A DNA stretch of 64,000 nucleotides from assembly GCF_009914755.1 (NCBI RefSeq), contig NC_060939.1; one strand, given 5' to 3'. Under the pieces are notes generated by a model. That model made no database searches, had not been told where the DNA came from, and saw only the letters and a list, made by a program, of their open reading frames with translations. The translations under genes were made by a program, and so were the position numbers. This document shows positions 28,341-39,910 of the stretch, one piece after another. Position 1 is the first letter of the stretch. Every line of letters begins with the position of its first letter. Origin of the DNA: the human T2T-CHM13v2.0 reference genome, Homo sapiens.

Positions 28341-30189
28341 CTCAGTTAGGAGGGGGTGCGTTTGCATTGATTTTTTGTGGCATCTGGAAATTTGCGGTGT
28401 TTCAGGAATAAATTTTAGCATGTTTTTCTTTTCTGTTAGCCACTGCCCTCCGTTTCTGCATTTTGTTTTTTAAAATATTAATGACTGTGTATGTCTCTGA
28501 AAGGTCCACCCAACTCAGGACTCTAAAGGAAACATAACGGCTTTTGCACATTTTGGGGGCGTCTTTCCTTAGGGGTCTAGGAGCAGAGAGGTGCTGCTTC
28601 CATTTTTGTCAGAATGCTCAGTCATAGAGCTCTCACCCCCTCTTTCTGTCTAATACGGCTTTGGGGGGTTTGTGAGGGGAAAATAGCACCCCCTCCTCCT
28701 CCCTATCAGCACTCAAATACAGGATTAGGTGGAGTTACCTGAAAGTGTATATATTGTTCCTTGGCAAGTGTTTATTTCTCTTTCTCTCCATTTCTATCTG
28801 GTACAAATGCCTACAAAACTCCATTGACGAAACTCAACAAATAGATGTGGACAAGAGAACATCTTTTACATCTCCACAGCTTTCAACTCGCTAATTGGTG
28901 AATATTAAAAATATTTTTCCAGGAAAAAAGAAAAACAAACAAACACACCTACACTGCTGTTGCTCGTGTTTTCTTCTCACCAAAGGTAGACACATCATTG
29001 GATTTCTTTTTCCTTTGTAGCAAAAGATGAGGAAATCAGAAATGAACCGCAGCCTTTTAACAGTAGCAATTCCAAGACTTTTGAAACAGTTTTCTTTGCT
29101 TCTGTTTTCCCTTCTTTGCCCTTAAAGCAAAACAAAAACAAAGACAAAAAAGGAAGAAACATCATTCTTAGTGAAGAGTTTATTTTGTTGCCACAGTAAA
29201 GGGATGGGGGCAGTTAACAGCTACTTGAGATGGTAATGCTTAGTGATCCCATTCTTTTACTCATAATCTTCAAGTGGTTTAAGATTAATGGCAAGGGGTG
29301 TTTTCCGTCTCTTCCTAAGGACCTTCACATTAATTTACTTAGAACATTGACCAGACTGTCAATGTCTCCAAATTTCATTAAGTCAAACAGAGACAATACA
29401 ATGAGATGATCATATTTCCTTTATATGTGAGAGAAATATTTTTATTTGGATTCAACTGCTATGAGGGACACCCCCTTTCTTGTCTTTATTATTTTGTTTT
29501 CTTTGTACAGATATGTAGATAGCTATATATAGATATTTTGTATATATACCCACATACGTATATACATATATATTTGAATAGACTCATGTGGTCTGCAGAT
29601 AACTTCCCTTCCACTTCTGAGCTTAACGAGGACCTTTCAAACAGTCAACCCCCGTTGCAGGCAGTAGATTCTGCTTCCCCAGAGCAGGATTTATATTTAA
29701 AATCAGTTTGAACCCAATGGACTTCCTCAAAACAGACCCCCCAAAATGATAACAGCTTGGAGTATCAATATTTAACTTTACCTCAGTTGTCACACAATAG
29801 CCCCAGCAAATCTTCAAACACAATCAGACTGAGGCATCACTTCACTGGCCTGAAGACCGGGTTGTCTCCCACCTCTGCCTTGCCCTAGGAGCGCTGGTTC
29901 TAGGGAGTCACCGGGGTCCCTGTCCCCTCCCTGAGTGTCTCCAAAGATGGGAATGGGGGTTGGAGAAGGGGTGACACAGGGCTTCTGGGAAGAAGCGAAA
30001 GAGGAGAATGGATTTTTAAACCAGAAAGTCCTGCTACTCTGGCAAGAAATTAAAGTCCAGAGACACACCTTTCCCTTGCTGTCCTCCCTGCCCGTGTTCC
30101 TTCCCCCGCGCCTCATTTCTGAGCACTGTTTTAACAAAATCCCAAAATCCGGTACTTTGGAAAGCAAAACCAAAAACTCCCTCAGAAAC

Positions 30190-30440
30190 AAAAGTCGTTC
30201 CGCGGTGTAGATTGACACTCGTTATGTGGGGGTCTGGTTGCGGTTGGAAGACTTATCCGAGTCAGGGCTGCATTGCCAGCGCCTTTCCCAAGAGTGGAGG
30301 TTGGCGGTGCAGGCGGTGCGGCTGCCAGCCTGAGATTGTTCCGGCTCTCGTTACCTGTGCGCCCTCGCGTTACATGGTGCTCATAAATCCCGCGGCAGAT
30401 TAACTGGGAAACCAAGAAAATGCCTCTATGCACCGAACCG
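30190..30440. promoter_or_regulatory. Small CpG-rich island
   Basis: ccgcgg, gcggtgcggc, cgccctcgcg, cccgcggc. Confidence 0.55.
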
Positions 30441-30622
30441 TTGAAAAAGAACCAAAATTCTCTCAAATAGTAGCAGTCTCACACCTTGCATTGGACGTGA
30501 AACACTATAGTAAGATCAAATGTCAAAGACATCGGTTATTTTGGTGCACTTCAGCTACCTTTTCCGTTTCCAGCAAAATTGAGAAGTACGACCCCAAAAA
30601 GAATAGACACACCCATGGAAAA

Positions 30623-30625
<3 letters not shown>

Positions 30626-30671
<46 letters not shown>
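30626..30671. repeat. (GT)23 microsatellite
   Basis: Pure GT run. Confidence 0.97.
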
Positions 30672-30673
<2 letters not shown>

Positions 30674-31273
30674 CTATGGTGACAACTTTTAAACACTTTT
30701 TCTGCTTAAAAAAAAAGATTCGGACAGGGTCTGGTATTGCTTTGCGTTGCAGGAAAGGGTCATTCTGGACAAGGAACCGTCTGAATTCCGAAAGCTATCC
30801 CTCAAGACTTTTCTAAACAGTGCGAGTTTCCTGGGAGTTTAATTTTGTGAGGATGCAAAATATTGCTTTGTATTGGCCTCTTTCCCCATCAGATATCCAT
30901 TTTTAAAACGTCTACAGCATCTATTAAAAACATTTCCTTGGACTCGGAATCTGCAGTTCTGCAGGAAAAACAAACTGTAGCGAAAACGCAGAGAATACAG
31001 AGATGTAGAAAAAGGAAAGGTGTCCTCTGCCAAGGCTTTTGATAGTTTATTCCCCAGAGGCCAAGCGAAGGTGGGGGGGTTCCTTCGCATTTTATTATTA
31101 TTATTATTATCATTTATTCATTTAAATGTTCAGTCCTTGACAAGGTATTCCCCTGCCGCGGGGTTTTGCTGGAGAATGGACGTGGGGGCGGTGGAAGGAG
31201 TCAGTGAAAGGTGGGGTGCGCAGAAAAACAAGATTCGCTTCGCAGGGGGCTGACCCGCAGCGTTCTGCTCTAA

Positions 31274-31292
31274 TTGCCAGCAGGGGGCGCTC
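31274..31292 (+). promoter_or_regulatory. CTCF binding motif
   Basis: ttgCCAGCAGGGGGCGCtc matches the CTCF core CCASYAGRKGGCRS with no mismatch, in a CpG-rich patch. Confidence 0.8.
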
Positions 31293-34200
31293 TGATGTTA
31301 GCTCTGGACTAGACAGCAGAGCCACTCTGTGCTTGCAAGACAGGCTTGGCAGTTTCACGCAGCTGCAAAAGGAAAGGGAGGGGGGATTGTAGTTCCTAAA
31401 TCCTCAACAGCTATTCCACTTGGGTTATTTACCCTCGGTTCGAAATGCTTCTACGTCTCACTTTACCTACCCATCCCGCTTATAGTGCATCCCGTTCCCC
31501 ATCCACCTCTTTCTTTTCATCGGCATCTACGCACCACATGTATAATCTCTCTCTCTCTCGCCTTGAAATATACATTAATGCAACTTATTAAATGCGACGA
31601 TGAATAGTCAACATTTTTTTCGCCTGTTGGTTCCGCTGATCCAAGCAGGATTTATTTGCAGATCTCACGTCCAGGAGCCATAATGCATGATTTTTTTTTT
31701 TCCTTAAATAAAATTGGTCAAATGTTGACAACCTTTGAGCCAATCTAACACTCAAGATTAGTGATGGGAAACTAATGAGAAAATATCAGATCGCCCAGCC
31801 TGAGGGCTGCCAATTAAATCTTCGCTGATTGAAAAATAAAAGCGGACTTGGGGTGTGAGCCCAGCTCAACTTCATCTATTAATTTAACATGTTACCGGGT
31901 TTATGCCTTCTCTTCTCTAAACAGCTTCCCGTAATACAGCTTTCTCCTCTTCATCCCTCAACCTAAAAGCCAAGTGTTATTTCTCAGAATATTTCAAGTG
32001 GTCCAAATCTGGATGATCATTTCTTACATGGTAAATATTAGGCCTTTAAGCAATATGATTTAACTAATTAGAAAATTTACATCATTAAGTCTCAGGGAGA
32101 GAAAAAAAAAGAGAAACAAATCTGCCAGTCATTTTAAAGGAGACAGGCACTATTGAAGTGTGAAGAAATCGGCTCTAATTCAAAAAGGCAATCGGGCAGA
32201 AAAAGCCCTCAACATTACCCTGCTAGTTATTAATCAGAAAGGGCTCTCTCCTCCCCACACCTCCTCCCTTCTAAGCACTGAGTTTAAGTTCGTTTTTTTG
32301 TCAGTGGCCCATGTCATATTTATATTGAGGTTTTGTCTGCTAAAGGATTAAAATTTGAAAATGTTTCAATAAGAGGCAAACAGAATCCTCAAAGCGAAAA
32401 ATATCCACAGAATCACCTCTCTTCCAGACAAGTAAACTTGTAATAAACAATTCTCACGCCCCTCTTATTTTTTTTAATTCTTTCGTCTTTCTTCCCATTA
32501 AGTTCCTATTTTGAAACCTGCTTGGTGAGAACTAGATAAAGTCTTTGTGTTCTGCCCCCCTCCCCCTCCTTTCTTGCATCTCCTCCCTCCTCCAAAGCGA
32601 GAAACTTAGACTGAAAGCAGAAAAGTACAAATACATTAACAAAGCCCCACTCACTTGATAAAAAGGCCATGGTCTAGGCTTACATGTCAGGAATCTAAGG
32701 GAAGGGGGCTCCGTTGGTGGGTCTACAGACAGAAGGTGATGAACTAGAAATTTCCCCCACCTATGTGTACTATTCAATATAGTGTGTGGTTAGAGAAAAA
32801 GGAAGGCAGGTGGGTGAGAATTATTTTAAAGTGTATTGTGGTGTTGTGTGGCTTTTTCTTTCTTCTCCTCTTTTCTATTCAGCTTAAAACAGCAGCCTCA
32901 TTATATCTAGGTGCCCCTTCCCATCATACTCTTACTTAAGCCCTTGGTACACCACACACATCGCCTTTTCCCTAGTCTTCTCATTCCCAGCAAATTAACA
33001 GAAGAAGGAACTGCAAAAGGAACTTTGTGAGTAGTTCCATTTGGAAACCCAGGCCCTTCCTGGCATCTCTGAGGATTTGTTCTTAAACGGATATTGGCCT
33101 CAAAAAATGTAATAGCAAGCCTTAGATATTCAATTTCCCTTCATTATTATTTCTTCTTAAATTATAAAGAGGTCCCAAAGGCTCATTTTTCTGCCTTGTC
33201 CTATTCTTCTCTAATTATGTTCCCTCCTGGCCTCATTTTCTTCTCCTCCTCTCTGCCTTACTTTCTTAAAGTTTCACTACCTTGCTTCCCATCAAGTCTC
33301 TGGGCCTTAGAATTCTCAAGTCTTTGGGCTTCTGCTGACCTTGAACAGCTCCCAGCATTAATTCAATGCCATATTCCTGGTTACCAGATTTCAACTTTGC
33401 AGGAGAGAGCAGTAGCAGACCTGGGCTATTAACACACCACAGTTAATTCTCTGCGGGAACTTTTACTAGGTGGGACTTGTGGAAGGAGAAAACGTCTGTA
33501 AACAGTGCATGCTCCTGAGGGTGGGGAATGATTTCTGATATAGAAGCCAGAACACATAAAATATGGCCATATTGGTGAAAGAGCCAGTTCCGAGTTAGCA
33601 TTTGGTTAAATAAGGAGAGGGAAGAGAACAGGGGGACCCTGGGAAGAGTTTAGAATGCTCCCCAAATGCAGCTCCTTTTCTGACCATTAAAGAGCAGATG
33701 TGAGTCGAACGTGCTCCCCTTTGAGAAAGATTAGAGTAAAATGGACCCCTCCGTCACTTTCAGGAGGCAGGACACAGGGAGGTGAAAATATACAAGACAA
33801 TGGCCTCTGGCGCTGGTGGGCTTCCTTGGCGGGCTCCCCACCTTTTGCCCCGTCCCTCTTACAACCCTTCTTACCTTTGTTGCTTCAATTTGATATGAAA
33901 CCATGGGATGTTCCTGGGCTAGGTTCCTCGAGAGGAAAAAGACCACGAGAATCAACCCGTCTCCTGCATCTACTCCGAAGTCAAGAGCATTACAATACAA
34001 TTTACAGCGCCTTTAACAACTCGCAAGTAAAGCATTAAAATTCGCTTTAATTGAGAAAATATTGATTTTTAAGTCTAGAAAAAGCGAAATCGTAATTTAG
34101 CTTCAAACTTTCAGGCGAGAATATAGCGTATTATGTCGCCGTATAATGGATCCACCCTTTCCGCCCATGCAACATCACATCTTTAATTGCTCTACTTTAT

Positions 34201-34769
34201 GAAGTGATAAAGACAAAAGATAACCCGACTTAGGCAAACGCTTTTTAAAAAGAGGACCTAGAGGAATTTCTTTTACCAGATACTTGTAGAAAGAATTATC
34301 TCCTTTTTTGAAGCAGAAAAAAAAAAAATGCCCAAAGGGGAGGAAAGAAATAAAAAAGAAAAACCACAGACTAGTCTGAAAGCAACTCACATTAGCAAAT
34401 CCGTTGACATGCTCTACCAAAGGAGGGATGAAGCCAACATTTAGAGAAAATGCATTCACGGACAGAATTGCATCCTCCTTTAAACGAAACAAACCTGGGT
34501 CTATTTTCTTACTTTACTCCTCCGTCCTTTTTTGGGGTGGGGTGGGGGGCGAGGGGAGTCAGAGGGGGCAGAATCCATTGGTGGACAGGGAAGGGAAAGA
34601 AAATCAGGCTTTCTATGTTATTTCTGTATCGGTTTTTGGTATTATAGAGGAGTAAAGAAGTTTTTGTGTGATGGTTTTTCATTGATCAGTCACTCTGAGC
34701 TAATGTAATTATCCTCATCAATAGGAGGCTGCAGAGAGAATCATTATGTGGGTGACATTGATAAATGAT

Positions 34770-36420
34770 CGCCCAGGAACGGCCCTCTCGCGGGCAACCC
34801 CCACGTCTGACCCTCCCACACACACAATGTAGTCATAGAAACACCTAGAGAACCTCGAGCCCCGCCGCGGAAGAGGCAGGAGAGGGAAGAAAAGCCTCGG
34901 GCGGCCGAGGTGGGGGTGGGGGCGAAAGGGGACGGCCAGCCCCAGATCCAAACCAGTTCCAACGACAAAAACAGCCAGCGGCGGGGGGCGAGGGGAGAGG
35001 GACGGTCTCCCCACCCGGCGGCCAACCCTCCCGCGCACAGTTGCTCACAACAAAGTGAAAATCCGCCCTCCAGACGGACCCATTCCTCCACACCTTTTCC
35101 CATGTGTGACCTCACTACCAACAACATCTGATGTTTGACGAGACACATATTCAAAGGGGTCTCTCCAAAGGAGTTAAATAATTAGGTCACAAAACTTGTA
35201 GGCATCTAATTCTCACGCGAGTTTACCCCGCTCCCCAAACACCAAACAAACCAACCAACCAAACCCATCTGAAAGAAAACAAAGGCAGCATCTGGGCGAC
35301 ACCCCCCTTCCTGCGTTCCCCCCAGTTATTTACTGGGTGACCCCGTCCTTTCTCTTCACCTCCTCACCCAGCGCCTCGGATTATGAGATAATGGATTTTG
35401 CGATTGTTCTTGTCAGGGAAAAAAATCTCCACAGAACCCCACGTTTTCATCTTTCAACTGTTTTATTTAAGCCAATGGGAAGGTATTGAGGGCAGTAATT
35501 GATTCATAATGATCCATAAATCGATGTCGGAAAGCGGGGGGAGAGGGTGGAGGTGTACTAAGAGTATGGGGGGGTGGCGATGCTGTTTATTTCTAAAGCT
35601 TCAACTAAAGTAGCTTTGACACTGTTGGGGCTGGGGGGGAGGAGCTGTTGGGCTCTGCCGGATCATCCATCATTCCTGTCACCCAGAGTCTGCCCGGAGG
35701 AGCCGTAGACGCAATCTCCCTTCTGTCTCTACACCGAAACTATTAATATTAAAACCTCCCTTCAAACACTGCCCCGACGGTCTCCATTCTCATCACAATC
35801 TGACCGGCCTCCCCCATCAGACCAGCATTTCCCCCGCGCGGCACTTTCTCCCAGCCCCGGCCCCGACGGAGGGGGCCCGCCCCGGCGCGCGACGCCCTGA
35901 GTTGATGACTGCAACTGTAACTGGGACGGGCCCCCCGTGCCCCCATAGTTTGCAATACGTTGGTCTAACTCTAACACACGCGCCCAGGGAAGGCCAGGTG
36001 AGGGCCAGGGTAGCCCTCTGCACGCCCCTCTGCCGCGGCCCAAGCCTCTGTCCTGCCTCCTCCTAGGCTCCAGGACGCACGTCTGCACCAACCCCGCTGG
36101 GTGGGCGGCGGGGGCTGCGGCCGCGAAGCTGGGGTCACTCCGCGCATCCAGACACCCGGACACCGGACTTTCTAACTGAGTGGCAACTTGTAGCGGAGGT
36201 CCAGGCTCCTTATCAAATTGCTGGCCTGCTAGCTAATGGAGAACTTGTGGAGGATCCCTGTCCAGTCCCTTTGAAGGAAGGTCCCTCCTTTGACAGCTGC
36301 TAGAGATATTAGCCACATTTCCCTTCCCAAATCTGCTCCGGGTTAACAGGCCCGCGGGGGCGGGAGGGGGTGAGGAGGCAGGAGGATCCTGGTGGACTCT
36401 AACGAGGGTGAGAGCTGAGG
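34770..36420. promoter_or_regulatory. CpG island abutting the MEIS2 3' end
   Basis: Very GC/CpG-rich with multiple G-run clusters. Ends ~250 nt from the distal poly(A) signal. Confidence 0.85.
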
Positions 36421-36676
36421 GGCGTGAGGGGTGCTGACCTAGGGGGTGGAAGAGAGGAGGGGTGGACGGAAGACACAGACTTTCCTGGTCTTTTCTCTCT
36501 TTTTCGTTTAAAATGTGGCTTCTTGCTCAATTCCCAACCCTTAACAGATGGCGACTGCAGTTCTCTCAGAATTTCTTAAAGAAAGGGAAACCTTTGGAAT
36601 TTATTTCTGCTTTTGCTTTTTCATATAAATAAAAAAGTGTTTTTATATTACTCTTGTTTTGGAGAACATAAGCAAT

Positions 36677-36682
36677 TTTATT
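36677..36682 (-). terminator. MEIS2: Distal polyadenylation signal of MEIS2 (AATAAA)
   Basis: tttatt on +. A U-rich tract follows on the minus strand, and the site marks the boundary between AT-rich UTR-like sequence and the CpG island. Confidence 0.7.
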
Positions 36683-38497
36683 CAGACTACAGTATTTCCT
36701 TTAACACTATATGGTTGTCAAAACACCATTCCCAGTTTCTTTGCTTTTGACAGCTGAGTCTTTCTTAAATATACCCAAATCGGAACTCTTTACACTAAAT
36801 AGTAAACCCGAGATAGGAGCAAGTGCCTTCCGGGGTGGTGTAAAAAAAGCATTATAAAAATTGGACAAATCTATCACTTCTCTGTGTTATCATGGGGTTG
36901 GGGGTGGGGGAGAGCAAGGTAATGCAAACAAATATTACAATTATCATTCATCTCCAAATATTTAAGAAGGTTAAAGTTAACATGATAGGACGTGGGTTTG
37001 ACGAATAAACTAAGCATGAGATGACTTTATTCATTAAAACCAAGAGTTGAGAGCTCTGGTCTCTAAACTTCAATGAGATAACTTGATAATTGCATAAAAC
37101 ACATCCTAAACACGAGCCAATTGCCAAGGAAACCCTTCAGAATTTACTGAGTGGAAAGAAAAAAAGGTTCTTTTTCCCACCTGATGTGAGAGTTGATTTA
37201 TAATGGGGAATTTTCATAGTTTACATAAAAGTATTTAAAGTAAAAATAGGCAAATATTTAAAATTTACAAAAAGACTTCATGTAAAATAGAATAGCAAAA
37301 ATGAGAGGGAAGCTATCTCTCTTTCCCAAGTGGCACTGAATTTCTCTATTAAGTTAGTTTGTGTCAGAAGCATTATTTCTATGTTTAAACAGCAACACAA
37401 CACTTAAACTGAAATGTATTTGTAAAAATTCTACCTGACTAAATATAACACAAAACAATAGAAGTGTATTTCCTCGTTCATTTATATAGAACCTCCATAA
37501 ATGCTGTCTGAAATGGAAAGATGGAAGAGCCCCAAATAATAACTATGGATTTCTTCCAAGTTTAAGTTTGCAGAGATGATGAATAATTTCCTTAGCCGGT
37601 TGACATCACATATCTAGCCAAAGTATATGACATTATTCTTTCTAAACAAAGATTCAAAATTTAAGAGTTAAAAAATTCCAGGATAGTATATTTATTTGAA
37701 AATTGAGGGGACATGCCTCACCCTTTTTGCACACTTTAGCAGACATTGTTTGTGCAGTATCAATAAGCTAATGGTATAGATTTCCAGGAATGTTGCATAA
37801 AATTTTGAAAATGGCATTATACCGTCCATTTTGTTTTGTTTTGTTTTCAGAAAAAAGTTTAAGTTTAGTTATCAAATCATCACACTAGCATCCCTGCACA
37901 TGGATGTGTCTGAAATAAAAATATACCACAATATAATTTATAAAATATTAATGATTAAGTAATCTTTTAAAGTCAGAATTTCAAACTCCATAGAAGTTGT
38001 TTACTTATCTATGAACACCCATATGTAAATTTTCATTTACATATCCAACAATATTGTAGTAAGACAGGCAGAGGAAAAACACAGGCAGATAAATTACCTT
38101 TGAGCACAGACATTATTTCTTATGTTGTAAAATTAACCCTGAAAAGTCCTTTATTCTGGCAGAGGATGCCCATGAAAAGCTTTATCTGAAAGTATATATT
38201 TTTTAACGTCATGCATCTAAAAAGGAGGTTGAGCATGTTCAAGGGGATCTTTCAACCTGGCTCATCATGTACACATAGTTTCGTACCTTTAGAAGTTTTC
38301 TGCTGGTGGAACTTATAGGTCAAATAGACATTGAAAGGCTATAGATGATTACCTTAAAAATTATTGATGAGTTTAAAATATACTCAACTGCTGGGGGGAA
38401 AAACCTACTTTTAACACTGTATAGAGTTGGCATTGTGCAGTCTTGTCCTAAAACCATTAAAAACGCAAAAGCCTAACAAAAAATCAAAAATGAAATA

Positions 38498-38503
38498 TTT
38501 ATT
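38498..38503 (-). terminator. MEIS2: Proximal polyadenylation signal of MEIS2 (AATAAA)
   Basis: Minus strand AATAAA followed by a strong U/GU-rich downstream element (TTTTTGATTTTTTGTTAGGCTTTTGCGTTTTT). Confidence 0.75.
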
Positions 38504-39623
38504 ACCGCTTTTTGTGACTTAACACCTTTTTTTTTTAACATAACGTCACAGTCCTCATACAAGTATTTTAATGTAAATTTGACAAAGCTTAAAGGTAACA
38601 GCATTTTCTTCTAGTGAGGAACACGTGCTGAGAAAAGAAGAATTCATGGACATACAATACCAATTCCACAGCAGATCTGATACTAGCAAAAACATTCTTT
38701 TTTTTTTCAATTGAGGTAAACACATAGAATATCTAACATGAAACAATTAATAGACCGAACTCTGTACGAAGTTTGTTACAGTATTCTCTTGCTCCTTTTT
38801 ATCCCCCAAGCTTTGAGTTTCTGATAAAGTCCTAGTTATGGTTCAATGACCATTAATAACTTTTTTTGTGTTGAGGAAAGCTGCCCAACTTAAGATTGTT
38901 TTGTCCACAACCAAGGCTCAGAACTCCTGGAAGAAGCTCCTGCTCTGTCTTTAAATCTTCATTGGCAAGCTCTTTGAAGAAGAGTCCCCCAAAAATAATA
39001 ATAAGAATTGGCTTATGAAGCACGAACTATAAAGATCTGTTTGAAACTAAAGGACACATTTATGGAGGAACAAAGGCCGGGCATGAAAACACATTCTTGA
39101 AGCTGGAGTTCGAGTGATGAGGTTCAGCCAAAAGTTCATCATGATCTCCAGTGTGGTTCTTTTCTCATTGGCCCAACAGGTTTAAAATATATACCACAGT
39201 CTCTCCTGGATGGTGAATTCACTGATGAACCAAAACAGTCATTCTTTTGGGAACAACACACATAGTGTGGAAAACAAGGATATATTTTTTTTTCTCTTCT
39301 AAAACTATTTGAGGCAACATAACGGCGTGATCAACAGAAATGTACAAGTTTAACTTAGTTCCTATATTTATACTACAGTAGTTATAACTCTCGGAGTCTT
39401 TTTCCAGAGGATCTTTACATGGACAGAATTGTCTCAGTCAGCCCATGATTTCACATTTGTGTTCTTGTTGCATTGGTCCTCTGTTGCTTGATGAAAAATG
39501 ACAAAAGTAAAAAATAATCACAGCTGTCTGGAATTTCATATTAAGTGTCAACATCTGGTCAAAGTTCAGAAAGTCTTAAAATAGTTTTTGCGTGTGTTTC
39601 CTTTTCCCTTGAGTTCCCTTATA

Positions 39624-39910
39624 CTATTGGGCATGAATGTCCATAACCTGTCCGCCAACATTGGGATCTACAGAATTTAACATTGTGGGGCTCTGTGCTG
39701 ACATAGTCATTCCAGGGTGGGTAGGGGGTCCTCCGTGCATCATCATGGCTGGGTGGTGGGGATGGCTTGGCAAATATGAATGCATTGGGGGTCCATGTCT
39801 TAATTGAGTAGGGTGTGGGGTCATCTGGGGAGGAGTGTAACTTGGCTGTGCCATACTCATTCCCATAGGACCACCCTGAGAAACGTAGTCCCCTGGCATG
39901 CTCTGCAAAC
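39624..39910 (-). CDS. MEIS2: MEIS2 terminal coding exon, long C-terminus (GLQSMPGDYVSQGG...QVMDIHAQ*)
   Basis: Acceptor TTTTCAG|GT at 39911/39910. Phase 1 matches the upstream donor. 287 nt to TAG. Met/Pro/His-rich MEIS C-terminal activation domain. Confidence 0.96.

Larger units (their letters stand above)
36655..39623 (-). other. MEIS2: MEIS2 3'UTR (about 1.1 kb short form, about 3.0 kb long form)
   Basis: Lies between stop TAG (39626-39624) and the poly(A) signals. AT-rich with no recognisable transposons. The cleavage site is estimated. Confidence 0.75.

Noticed and set aside
25231-28473. Many overlapping 60-164 aa ORFs in the CpG islands (e.g. 27773-28267)
   Set aside because: GC-rich DNA lacks stops by composition. 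The translations are low-complexity, span microsatellites and show no recognisable domain.
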